64,000 nucleotides of DNA from Oopsacas minuta (lineage: Eukaryota > Animalia > Porifera), in NCBI GenBank assembly GCA_024704765.1, contig JAKMXF010000077.1, forward strand, positions 124,001 to 188,000. The letters run 5' to 3'. Under the pieces are notes generated by a model. The model saw nothing but the letters and a program-made list of their open reading frames with translations, searched no databases and had not been told where the DNA came from. This document shows, piece after piece, positions 39,773-52,049 of this stretch (position 1 is its first letter; each line of letters begins with the position of its first letter). The position numbers and the translations under genes were made by a program.

Positions 39773-41197
39773 ATGGACCCTGATCAGCCCTCCTTCCGGG
39801 TGATCAGTACAAACAAAGGAGGAGAAAGGCTATTAGAAGGAGGATGCGTATACTTGAGGCACAGGAGAGTTGGAGAAATGACACATTGGCAGTGTGAGCA
39901 GAGAGGAGAGTATAAAGCAAGGATTCATACGAAGGGAATGGAGATAGTGAAGCGTACAAATGAGCATCTGCATGCACCTGATGTGCAGGCTACGGCCTGC
40001 TGTGAGATAAGGCCGGCATCAAGAGCAAAGCACGGGACACACAGAATAGCTTGCATCACATAATCGGTGAGGGTATGCTAACAGCATCAGAGGGTACTGC
40101 TGCTAAACTACCTGAGCTGGACAGCCTGAAGCGGACGATACAGCGTCAGCGTGCAAGTGTATTATCAGCTCTAGTGCAGCCTACCGCCCTAGCAGAGTTG
40201 GTTCTACCTGCAGAATACCAGCGAACAGCCAAGGGGGAACAGTTCCTACTCTATGACTCTGGGGAAGACTATCCACATAGATTCCTCAACTTCGGGACAC
40301 AACGCAACCTCGGGATGCTACAGCAAAGCAAGATCTGGCTAGCTGATGGCACCTTCAAGACGACGCCCCCATCTTCGCCCAGGTGTATATGGTGCATGGA
40401 TTCCGAGGAGGAGACGATCCTATGAAGACTGGTCATCTGTTGCCGAGTCTGTTTGTGCTGCTGCTCAATAAGACAGAGGATACCTACCGTAGGATGTGGG
40501 AGCAGATCCGCCTACTCTGTCCTCTTGCCCAGCCTGAACAGATGCTTCTGGACTTTGAGAAGGGCGCAATTAACAACTTTGAGCATGTCTGACCTAACAC
40601 AGTGGTGAAGTGCTGCTTCTTCCACCTCACACAGAATATCTGGCGCCATGTGCAGTCTGGCTACACACATGACGAAGAGCTGCCCATGCGCATCCGGAAG
40701 ATACCAGCCCTTGCATTCGCCCGATCAGCAGACGTACTCGATCTGTTTGAGCAAGTGTCAATGGATCTCCCCTTTCGTCTGAGATAGGCGAGCTAGTCGA
40801 CTACTTTGAGAGGACTTATATCGGTCGCACGCTAGCCACTGGATACCATGTAGCGGCGACGATCCCCATTGGCCTGTGGAACTACCACTTCAGTACGTCC
40901 TTCGGACTCCCCCGTACAACCAACGCCGTAGAGGCATGGCACCGCAGCTTCAATGCCACTGTCGGCTGCCATCACCCCACCATATGGAAGTTCCTCCTAG
41001 CCCTCAAGCGTGAGCAGGGCCTAGTGGAGGTGCGGCAGACTAACTACCTTGCTGGGAAGGAACCAACCAAGCGGAGGAGGTCCCAACAGAGTGAACAAGC
41101 GTTGTGGGCTCTAGTTGGAGAGTATTATTCACCAAATCGTACTAAGATGGAGTTCTTGCATGGTGTAGCACATCATTTCGGTCTGAGTGCGGATTAA
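39773..41197 (+). pseudogene. FLYWCH-MULE (Mutator-like) transposase pseudogene, left arm
   Basis: FLYWCH-like THWQCEQR..ARIH...NEHLHAPD; MULE core WLADGTFKTTP, LLDFEKGAIN, CCFFHLTQNIWR, RTTNAVEAWHRSFN; C-terminus EFLHGVAHHFGLSAD*. Frameshifts and a TGA at 40590-40592. Confidence 0.93.
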
Positions 41198-41289
41198 CAT
41201 GTTAATCTAAAGTATTATCTCAAAATCAAATTTATTTGAGGGATAGATAATAAAGAAGATTAACATTCGTTCTTTGGCAGAGATGGTGT

Positions 41290-42684
41290 CTACACTTGTA
41301 TGGAACTTCGTCTTAGTATGGTCTAGTGGATATATTCTCCAACTAGAGTCCTCAACACTTGTTCACTCTGTTGGGACCTCCTCCGCTTGGTTGGTTCCTT
41401 CCCAGCAAGGTAGTTAGTCTGCCGCACCTCCACTAGGCCCTGCTCACGCTTGAGGGCTAGGAGGAACTTCCATATGGTGGGGTGATGGCAGCCGACAGTG
41501 GCATTGAAGCTGCGGTGCCATGCCTCTACGGCGTTGGTTGTACGGGGGAGTCCGAAGGACGTACTGAAGTGGTAGTTCCACAGGCCAATGGGGATCGTCG
41601 CCGCTACATGGTATCCAGTGGCTAGCGTGCGACCGATATAAGTCCTCTCAAAGTAGTCGACTAGCTCGCCTATCTCAGACGAAAGGGGAGATCCATTGAC
41701 ACTTGCTCAAACAGATCGAGTACGTCTGCTGATCGGGCGAATGCAAGGGCTGGTATCTTCCGGATGCGCATGGGCAGCTCTTCGTCATGTGTGTAGCCAG
41801 ACTGCACATGGCGCCAGATATTCTGTGTGAGGTGGAAGAAGCAGCACTTCACCACTGTGTTAGGTCAGACATGCTCAAAGTTGTTAATTGCGCCCTTCTC
41901 AAAGTCCAGAAGCATCTGTTCAGGCTGGGCAAGAGGACAGAGTAGGCGGATCTGCTCCCACATCCTACGGTAGGTATCCTCTGTCTTATTGAGCAGCAGC
42001 ACAAACAGACTCGGCAACAGATGACCAGTCTTCATAGGATCGTCTCCTCCTCGGAATCCATGCACCATATACACCTGGGCGAAGATGGGGGCGTCGTCTT
42101 GAAGGTGCCATCAGCTAGCCAGATCTTGCTTTGCTGTAGCATCCCGAGGTTGCGTTGTGTCCCGAAGTTGAGGAATCTATGTGGATAGTCTTCCCCAGAG
42201 TCATAGAGTAGGAACTGTTCCCCCTTGGCTGTTCGCTGGTATTCTGCAGGTAGAACCAACTCTGCTAGGGCGGTAGGCTGCACTAGAGCTGATAATACAC
42301 TTGCACGCTGACGCTGTATCGTCCGCTTCAGGCTGTCCAGCTCAGGTAGTTTAGCAGCAGTACCCTCTGATGCTGTTAGCATACCCTCACCGATTATGTG
42401 ATGCAAGCTATTCTGTGTGTCCCGTGCTTTGCTCTTGATGCCGGCCTTATCTCACAGCAGGCCGTAGCCTGCACATCAGGTGCATGCAGATGCTCATTTG
42501 TACGCTTCACTATCTCCATTCCCTTCGTATGAATCCTTGCTTTATACTCTCCTCTCTGCTCACACTGCCAATGTGTCATTTCTCCAACTCTCCTGTGCCT
42601 CAAGTATACGCATCCTCCTTCTAATAGCCTTTCTCCTCCTTTGTTTGTACTGATCACCCGGAAGGAGGGCTGATCAGGGTCCAT
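41290..42684 (-). pseudogene. FLYWCH-MULE transposase pseudogene, right arm (identical copy, degenerate C-terminus)
   Basis: Same peptides and same lesions as the left arm; the last ~130 bp diverge and are frameshifted. Confidence 0.92.
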
Positions 42685-43819
42685 TGATAAAATGACGAGT
42701 TGTTAAAAGAATATAAAATGTAGGAAATAATATTTAGCTGATAATGCAAGCTGTAAAATAATACAGTTACAACAATTAAATAGAACTACACAGGTGACTT
42801 TCCATGTTTTCTGGCAAACATACAAATTAATTTCGCATCTTCTCCATCAATGGAATTAATTACTACGTATGTATTCCTGATATAAATTCGTTACCTTTAC
42901 TATAAATCATCTTACCTCACTTTGTTAACACAGAAATTCTATGTTTAGGTTTGCGATATCAAAACTGTAATATTAGATTCTTCTGAAATCATTCATCCCA
43001 AATTAATTGATTATATTTGCAATATTATTTAGCCATTCAAAAGCTGTTAAATTATTAACAAACATTGACCAGTCAAAAGTGGAGCGAAATGTCGTGGAAC
43101 GTTTTGTCGCTAGAACATTTTGTCGGTATCCGGTTTCCTCTAACGAATCAATCAAAGTGAGATATGAAATTCTTTTTAGCATTACTGAACCGCAAATCCC
43201 GATTAATTCAGGAGTTAGAGTGGTATCAAAAATAATTGCACATATATACGTATAGTATATGTTATTATGTCGATGTGACTGACGTCATCATTAAACAGTG
43301 GCTAAACCACAATACTGAAGACTTCCATTATGTGAAAATTTGTAGCTTTCAAACGGAAGTTTTCCATCTGGCGAATAATTTAAACTGGATTCTCTTTTTA
43401 CTTAATTCATCAGCTGGTTTCCTATCGGTATCATAGAGTAGTCTATGGATTGATAAGGTATATAAAATGTTATGATTATGGAGCGTTCTAGAGTTACAGT
43501 AGAACAACAACAACTGATGGAATATTCGTATATATCCAAAGATACATGAAAATGAATAATTATTACATAATTAGTCTAGTAAACTCATTTCGTAAACCGA
43601 ATTTGCGTAGTTCAAATTGAATATCCTTGTTTCCATATTGACATCGGTGAGGTAAATGTCAAGATCAATACACTCCAGTAGTGGCGGAGATGATTGAGGG
43701 GAGGGTGGGAACCGAGATGAAAAACTCGAGATGGAAAGAGTAGGTCAAATGTGAAGAAAGAGTTAGACAAAATATACGAATAGAAGACCGGAGATTTGAA
43801 TTAGAGAGAGAAAAGTAAT

Positions 43820-44020
43820 ATGTAGTATAAAGAAATCTGTATAAGACATAGAATCTAAGAAAGTGGCAATTCAAAACTGTATAACAGACAGAAATCGAAA
43901 AATGTTGGATGGTGAAATCTGGATGAGACAAGGAAGTTAAGAAAGGGGCAATTCACAACTGTATAAGAAATAGAAATAGAAAAGGTTGATAGCGAAATCT
44001 GTATAAATGGGATTATTACG
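43820..44020 (+). repeat. Purine-rich degenerate direct repeat
   Basis: AAGAAAG(T/G)GGCAATTCA(A/C)AACTGTATAA twice (~43858, ~43939) and GAAATCTG(T/G)AT three times. Confidence 0.55.
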
Positions 44021-45275
44021 TCATAATGACTATACCAAAATCGAAAACTACTCAAATTATGAAGATTTTAGAATATCTAATTACCTAATGCATAAAGGGC
44101 CAGATTATTGGCCAAAAGTATTGCAGCAGCTTCAGTAACCAGTATTTCAATATAAGGCCATAAATGGAATGGGCCATGGATATTCTAAAGTCAAAATTTC
44201 ACCAAAAAATTATTCTCGTTGCATGTAGCGCCGAGTATAATACCTAGTCACGTAGCGAACCAGACCATCATGAAATTTAGTCATGTAATACTTCAGTTAA
44301 TCTGAGGCACTAAGCTGTGGCAAACCTTAGCAAGCGAAGCGGGTTAGTATATATATACATATAGCGATTAATTGCAATTTAATCAATCTGTATGAATATA
44401 TACTTGCACGTGTATACAGGCAAACCTGCTTAGCGGCCACTTCCACATAGCGAGCAACTAAAACAGTTGAAACAAATTATTCAGTATGATGAACTCTCTA
44501 TAGCGACCAGGAATTTAGCCATTAATGGCATAAACATGGGTATAAAGGTCAATACCTCTATACATTGGTAAGTTTCCAAATATCGAAAAAATTACAAATT
44601 GTATAATACTCAAGGCACTAATTACATAGATTAGTATCCAAAAGCGATCTGGCAGCTCCACCATCACTCCAGAAGGCCATTAAATAAAATTTTGGGGACT
44701 ATGGACTGGAAGCACGTAGTGCCGAGCATATTTTGTGGCGTAGGGACCAATAATAAATAAATTTAGCTGTATAATTTTCAGCCAAACTATAGTTATATGC
44801 TATCGCGCAGCGACCCAACAAGCAAAGTGTTCTACTAAGAATTTTTGTACATAAGAACTTAGAAATATCCTAAGAATTTTCTAAGAATTGAAAGATTCTT
44901 GAAAATATACTTCAAATGAAATCATACATTCTTTCTGTTGGCGGATACTAGTAGAATTCTGAGTCTGCATATATATTGAAGCGAAGAACCTAGTGAAAAT
45001 CATTTCTCTAGAAGAGGTACCATGGGCTAGAGAAATATTGGAGGACAAAGTGTTACACTCGCCTCTTAGAAAGGGTTAGGACAAACGCCCATGCTCCCGT
45101 GGATCTACGACCTTGTAATGTAGTACACATTGGCCAGAGCGATTTGATCTAAACTAAAGCGGATATTGACAAATCTTCTCCTATGCTTGATATATAAAAT
45201 AACTCAGTAGAGTATCAAGTTGATAATTGCAAATATCAAAAATATATACGACTGTGAAACTAGCAAGATATTCGA

Positions 45276-45640
45276 TCAGGGTTGGTTTAATCTGAAATTT
45301 GTCCTACTTATAATCATCAGATTGACACTAAAATTTTATTCGGTAGAGAAATGTTGGAAGTTTACAAAGTATAATTTTCTATAAGATTTCTAACTTTTAC
45401 CTATCTATTTTGTCATGACGAGTAGGGTCGCTTCTCTATTAGAAAAGAACCCAGAAGTGATAATTCGGATCTGAAAATTCTGTCGATATTTGTGAGACAT
45501 AGAAGTTTATGAAAATGAATTTCATCAAAAAATCCAAAAACAAATTCAATTCAATAATTTCAAAAACACAAATTCCAAGCAAAGCAGATACAAGTATCCT
45601 AACTAGAAGTCAGAGTTATCTTTGAGAGTGAGTATCAGAT
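45276..45640 (+). mobile_element. Partial copy of the 20.1-kb MITE family
   Basis: Shares AATTTGTCCTAC..CATCAGATT, TTGTCATGAC(T/G)AGTAGG(A/G)TCGCTTCTCTAT and AGATACAAGTATCC with 20110-20420. Confidence 0.7.
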
Positions 45641-46650
45641 TACAAAATGTAAGGTCAATTGGAATTGATATTTGTCATCCAAATCAAACTCAAACTGTGA
45701 TATTTTGATAACAATCGATAGCTGAGAATTAGACGTTCACCATGATATCTGGAAAATCATGAAATTCAGAAAGATACAGCCAGGATGGGGCTTTAAAAAT
45801 GGCATAATTCTAGTTTATATGTATATTCTAAATTTCTTTTTATGTAGATTCAAATTTTAACAATAATTCAGTCCCAGACTCGCCTCAACTTTACAGTCTC
45901 CTTCATTTATAGTAGATAATTCAATTTCCTATAAAGGAAAAGGGATCGCTAGTACTTTTCAATTACTATTAGAAAAAATTTATTTTGTGAAAATGTTTTG
46001 ATCCATTAACCACCTTTCATATCCACATCCCCTAGTACAAACTAGACTAACTCATAAGACTAATGAGCATGACTATTATTTATCGTGTAGAGCAACATAT
46101 TATAACATAACTCTTGGTTCCCATTATAATGTTGCTAAAACAATCGATAACGAAAGAGTAAAATACGAAAATTGCGAACTATATTTTTAACCATCATAAT
46201 GAACTATGGATACTGACAAAAAATCATACATGTAGCTTCCCCCATTTGAATCATACTTCAGTATTTCTGATAACTGGTTATTGTTTTGCGTTTTCGCATT
46301 TTTTTGCTTTCTCTTTGCTTTTCTTGACATGCGACATCATCATCTTTATCCAATTTTACTTATACTTTCACCTATGTTCATGATTACTATTGATTTATGG
46401 CGTACTTGGAATGGCTTGCACTCTCTCATTTAATCAAACAAGTCCGGTCCTTCTTATGATTCGCTCTTCGCTTCTTTAACTACATCCTTACTGTTTACTA
46501 ATTCCTTTCTTGTAGACGGAATTTTGAGCACATTACTCTATAGGTCAGTATGAAGCCCAGTACATAAAAACAATATAACTATTTGTTGCAATTTTTTGGG
46601 GTAAGACCACTCTTTTCCATATTTCAACCAGTCCACAGCCTATGAAACTA

Positions 46651-47283
46651 CAGTGGGGCCGAAAGTGTGTATTTTAGGTGAGTTTGGAAATTGTGTCTAT
46701 AGAATGATTTGTGCTTGATTCACCTTCTATGATGATATTTGAAGGAGAATCAGCTTGGTCACAAGTCTTGTCATCTCCACGATTGTTTATTCTCGGCCAC
46801 TTTGAACACATTTTGTTGATGTTGAAATCTTATAACTCATTCATGGTCACTTGAACATATTTAGGAATTTCTTCCATAGCAACACAGGATTGTGGTACGT
46901 TCAATTACCAAAAATCGTCCCAAACATATCGAATAATCTCAAATTCGATGCCGCTAGGTTAGTTGAGTCTACATTAGCACATATCAGCCCTCTATATGGC
47001 TTGTCAACATGAATATATTGGATTCGCTCAGGGGCCTCCAAATTCTCTCATATTTCCTACAATTAAGAGATTAGATTAAATGTTTTTGAGAGTTATTATA
47101 TGTATAAATGCAAAATCACCAAATATGAAGCAAACTACTGTATATTACCAAGTAGTATATATTATGGTAGTAATACGTATATTTGTTAATTTGGATTGTT
47201 CTGTAACTGCACATCATAGAAAATTACAAAATCTATTTCTTTGGGGCGGGACTTTATCCAATATCTATCCAGTTGGAACTCTG
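46651..47283 (-). mobile_element. Tc1-type MITE, left member of an inverted pair
   Basis: Right end reverse-complements to CAGAGTTCCAACTGGATAGATATTGGATAAAGTCCCG; left end TA-CAGTGGGG; homologous along its length to 47325-47942. Confidence 0.65.
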
Positions 47284-47324
47284 TGCATTGTAACAAACAC
47301 AGAGGCGAGAGTTGCCATAATATA

Positions 47325-47942
47325 CAGGGTTCCAACTGGATAGATATTGGATAAAGTCCCGTCAGAAAGAAATAGATTTTGTAATTTCCATGATTGCAGT
47401 TAATCGATACTCCAAATCAACAAATTTATGAGCCCCAAACATATACAACTTGAGAAAATACGGCGGTTTGCTCTACATTCATGGATTTTATATTTACACA
47501 TATGATTACTCCTATAACCTTAAATGAAATCGGGAAATTTTAGGAAATACGCATGTGAAAATTAACAAGAAAATTTGGAGGACACGGGCAGCTCAAACAA
47601 AAGTTAAAAAGTTATCTAGAGGGGTGGTATGTGAAAATGCACGCTTAGCTAATCTAGTGGTATCTAATAAGGGGTTATTCTTTAGTTTCAGGACTATATT
47701 TGAGAATGGAATCTACACATTCCTGCGTTATATGGGACAATTCCCTAGTAACGCACATTTCACAAATATATTCGAGTGACCACTTAAACGAAGAGAAAAT
47801 TTCACTGAACACGACAGTCGATAAAGAAATTTGATTCGAAATAACTGAATAGGAGGTATAAGCATTTAAATATCTGTAAATGTGCTCAAAGTGGCAATAA
47901 TAAATTACTGAAAACACTCACGGTTGAGAATATATCACCCTG
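47325..47942 (+). mobile_element. Tc1-type MITE, right member of an inverted pair
   Basis: Starts TA-CAGGGTTCCAACTGGATAGATATTGGATAAAGTCCCG and ends CACCCTG; no ORF. Confidence 0.7.
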
Positions 47943-48410
47943 CACTTTCTTGAAACATATACCCTAAACGTTCAATATCAGCATAATAGAACTATAGACA
48001 TGAATTCCACATCCTTCACTAGTTCTGCAGGACTACAATAGCAAATTCACAGTATTTAACCATGGATTACTTCAAGTCCATATAATGAGATAGGAATTCT
48101 AATACCCTCTTTTTCTTTAGAGCATATTGTTACATTTGCCATGTCATCCAACTATTGCGGTTTCGTAGGGATTTTCCCAGTTTTTTTACACAGCAATACT
48201 GTATATATTGAAGTTGAATAAATTTCATATATTTTGGCACCTAACAAGGATTTTTATATAAAGATCTAAAAATTGCTTTGAATTTTTCTAATTGAAAAAT
48301 TCAATTTTGGATGAATTTCAATTAAATAACTCAACCAGAATTTTATGAATAAATTAGCTATAAGTATGAGTAACTTTCTTATGTTCATTTAGGGAAGCAA
48401 TTTCTATTAC

Positions 48411-48435
48411 AGTGAGAGGGCGAAGCCCTCTCACT
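48411..48435. other. Perfect 11-bp stem hairpin with GCGAAGC loop
   Basis: AGTGAGAGGGC-GAA-GCCCTCTCACT. Confidence 0.9.
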
Positions 48436-49326
48436 TTGAGGACAGAACGCCCTGGCAGGCCAGAACTTAATGTTCACTATGGAAACGTCGTAGAATGCGG
48501 CCCAAAGGTCAAAATGACTGTTTCATGACTTAGCAATATTCAAAATTACTCTACTTAACCGAATACAGCCGAAGTGTCTCGTTTGTAATTAAAAATAACA
48601 CTAAAATTTATCACTGAATTTTAAACCAATTCCAGGACCAAAAACGGGATTCTAGCACATTTTTGATGCAATAAAATTACACATTTTCCCAGACAGTAAT
48701 CGGTTAATGTATATTCATCTATAGAATCCTTGAAAATACACTGGCATAGAAGATGCACAATTCATAATTTGGCAGAACTCAAAAATGAAAGTATGTTGAA
48801 CAACATACTTTCATTTTTCCAAACAGATGATGTCATTTCAAACTGGTAATACAGAGGATGCTGGTTGTAAGAACATTTTGTATATGACATGCAGGGTATA
48901 AAAACAGTATATGCAAAGGAATTGCATATTATGTTTTTATGACCGACATGTCGTATACAATGGATATCGCTTATAGGAACACACATATGGGTAACAAAAA
49001 ATGTTTTCATAACTAAAAGTATCGTATTGCCGCCTAGCTCCTATTAATACATGTGAACTTCTTTCCAGAGGATGAAAACATTTCTAGCATGTTCGAAAAC
49101 CTGTGTTCTTATTTTCGGTGCAATTGTATAGGGGTATAGGCAACACTTTTCCAGTAGAATGTTCTTTTATCGGGTGTGGATCGTTATGTCGCACAAAAAA
49201 TCGAAGGAGTCGAATACATAAGATTCGGTTAATCGAGCTAGTTCACATATCCGGAATATTCTTAACTGCTATATATAAATCAGATTGGAATTTCATGCGA
49301 CTAATGCATTCCCAGTCCTTAATCTA

Positions 49327-50687
49327 CCGGTTGGGCCAAAAAAAATAGAACCCATGCCAAATTTGTTATTTCTCTACTTTCTTCAAGGGTAGAGAATTAA
49401 AACTTAAATATTATCTACTTCCAAGTCTATAAATCAAAAATGCAAAGTTTAGACTATCTTAGCTCAAGTGGTTCTTAATCTATAGAACATGTTCGAGATG
49501 GCATCCATTTAGATTTGCTCATTTCCAGTGGTAAAACAAAGTTCTGCATCACGGATTAGGAAGTTGTCGTTGAGATGCTTCTCATTTCCTCCTCGATCTT
49601 TTTCTTGAGTTCCCCGAGTGTTCTTGGCTTTGTAGTATATACCCTGTCCTTCAGGAACCCCAGGACGTAATTGTCTGGAGGACTGAGATCCGGAGAGTAG
49701 GGTGCCCACTCACAGTCACACCTGCGACTGATCACTCGGCCTCCGAAGTGGTTCTTGATCCAATTTAGGCTTTTGTTGGAGATATGGGGTGCTCCATCCT
49801 GTTGGAACCAGAATTTGGGCAGGTTCCCCTATAGCTCTCTTCTAGCTCTTTCGAGAAGACTTCCAGGATCTTAAGGTAACGGTCGGTACTAATCGTCACA
49901 CTCTATTCTTGCTCCTCGAAGAACAGGGACCAACTACCCCTTTCATTGAGAATGCAGCCCAAAATGTGACCTTCTGAGAATGTATAGGTTTTTCTGTCAC
50001 TTCTGCTGGTGGTTCTGAACCCCAGTAGTCGTTGTTTCTAGAATTCACCTGCCCATCAAGATGGAAATGAAGTTCGTCCGTTGTCCAGAGATGGTCTAAG
50101 AAGGTCTCTGATGTCTCAATCTTAGCAAGTAACTACTTAGCCATATCAAATCTCTTCACCTTGTCGCCATTTATGAGTTTCAGATGTATCTGTATACGGT
50201 ATGCATATAGTTTTAAGCAATCATGAAGAACCCTGCGAAGTGTAGCGCGCGATAAGCCAACCAATTGACACCTCTTTCTTGTCGACCTCTTTGGGGAGTG
50301 AAGAACTGACTGACGAACATCTTCGATAACTTCATTCGTATGGATGTTCGTCCTCCCTAAGGGCTCAAACGACTATCTAATATAGAGTGGAGGTTTTTAA
50401 CAGTGCCCTCCTGTTCAAATTTCTTGATCCATCCAAAGATAATGGATTCGCTAGGTGCTTTTGGCTGCTTAAAATCTTGCGAAAATTTTGGTCTGTACAG
50501 CATTGTAAGAACGTAACCAATAATAGAGCTTGAGACAGTATATCTGCTTCTCTGTGCTCCACTGCTTGTCATTACAGCTCCTATGAAAGGTATCAACCAT
50601 ATCCCAATATATTATTTAATCAGTACAAAAGGTATAAGCAGAATGACCCAATATCACTTCGGGTTCTGTTTTTTTTGGCCCAACAGG
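49327..50687 (-). mobile_element. DD41D-like (rosa/Visitor) Tc1/mariner transposon, degenerate
   Basis: TIR CC(G/T)GTTGGGCCAAAAAAAA(T/C)AGAACCC, TA TSD; WTTDELHFHLDG; WFQQDGAPH..RVISRR..WAPYSPDLSPPD with 40 residues between the Ds here, probably one codon lost. Confidence 0.88.
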
Positions 50688-50759
50688 TATTGGAGTCCAG
50701 TATAAGAAATTTCTACTACGGCCTCCTTTTTTCCACCTAAATATCCTCCTTCATATAGA

Positions 50760-52049
50760 CAAGGTGACAATTAAGTTCTTATACACGAATATACCCTGGT
50801 TTTTCCTAAAATAGTTATTCTTTCAATCTAAATTTTCACTGACAGTTAAAGCATAGTATAATAAATCTTTCTATCCAATTCTACTCGATATAGCCGCCTT
50901 TTGCCTTTACTACAGCTTTAAGTCGTCCTTGAAACCGTTAGAAAGATATACGAAGTTCTTCTTGCGGATTTTCTCCTATTCTGTAATCAAAGCCTTCCGC
51001 AGAGATTACATTGTCTATGCGAGTAGCGCAGGCTCTGCTCTGTAAAGTGCCCAGACCGCATAGTCAGGTGGATTCAAATCCAGACTTCAAGAAAGCCATT
51101 CTTCCTAGGCAAAAAGTCAATATTTTCCCACAAAATCCAGGATTGAGTTGGTTTCGAGGCATGCGCTGGCGCAGAGTACTGCTGGAATATCCAGGTGTGT
51201 TTTTAACAAGGATGAACCAGCAGATTTGATTACAGGCTCAAGAATCAACTCTTTATATGTTTGCGAATTAATCTTCACCCCTTATTGGAAAAAAATCAAT
51301 TTGTCCGAGATTCCGCGGATACTCCGGCCCAGACCATCACAGAAAGCGGTCTTTGCACTCGATCCATGAATTTAATGCTCTCAGGGATGTCTTTGGAATA
51401 CGACACAATAATTCTACCATTTTGACGGTTAGTTACTTCTTCTACTGTGAAAATCTTTTCAACCGAAAACAATATCTGTTAATAATCTTCATTTACGAGG
51501 CGCCGCAGAAGCCTTTTGCACCTTTCAAGTCTTTTTACCCGAACAGTGAGAGTGAGATGATGAACTATTTGCCGTTTGAGTGATTCAAGTCCCAGGTTCT
51601 CGTGTATCACCTTTTGCAATGTTTCGCGATTAACAGAGTACTCCCTTGCCATCTTCTGGAATGACCGCCTGGGATTTCGGCGGATTTTTTCCCTTAGTGC
51701 TCTCGTACGAACTGTAGTCGGTCGGCCAGTTCGAGGCTTGTCCTCCACACTTTTGGTATTATTATAATGTTTAATAGTACGATAAATGAATAATCCGTTG
51801 ATCTTTTCACTTTTCAGCTTTTCAAAATCTCGCTTTATGTGCTCCCGGTTATCAATAGTGAGATAACTTTTGACCTCTTTACTTCCATGTTGAAATTTCA
51901 GATTTTATGCGTATATAGATTTAGATTACTGTTTGACCATAACAAGAAGACATATAAGTTAGAATATAAATGATAGAAATGGTAATATAATACATTTGAA
52001 ACGTATAAGATCTATTGGACTTATGTATCAGAACTTAATTGTCACCCTG
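50760..52049 (-). mobile_element. maT (DD37D)-like transposon, heavily degenerate
   Basis: TIR CA(A/G)GGTGACAATTAAGTTCT; right flank TA, left GA; RTGRPTTVRT..KIRRNPRRS HTH; LDLNPPDYAVW. Confidence 0.85.

Larger units (their letters stand above)
39326..43131. repeat. 3.8-kb palindrome made of two inverted MULE half-elements
   Basis: Arms 39346-41099 and 41358-43111 (1754 bp each) are symmetric about 41228.5; four ORF pairs in the track have identical translations; 258-bp quasi-palindromic centre; outer termini GGAAGTCCGACAAA / GGATACCGACAAAA; no TSD found. Confidence 0.97.

Noticed and set aside
41205-41250. Palindrome centre as a PacBio SMRTbell adapter
   Set aside because: It does not match the adapter sequence as I recall it beyond vague ATCTC/TTGAG ends; a formal screen is still advised.
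44100-44350. Helitron-like 3' end (GCGAAGCGGGTTAGT)
   Set aside because: No clear terminal hairpin, CTAG end or 5' TC boundary; too weak to list as a feature.
46300-46640. Possible Sola2-like transposase C-terminus on the minus strand
   Set aside because: Only vague similarity (SKDVVKEAK); the adjacent sequence is explained by a MITE.
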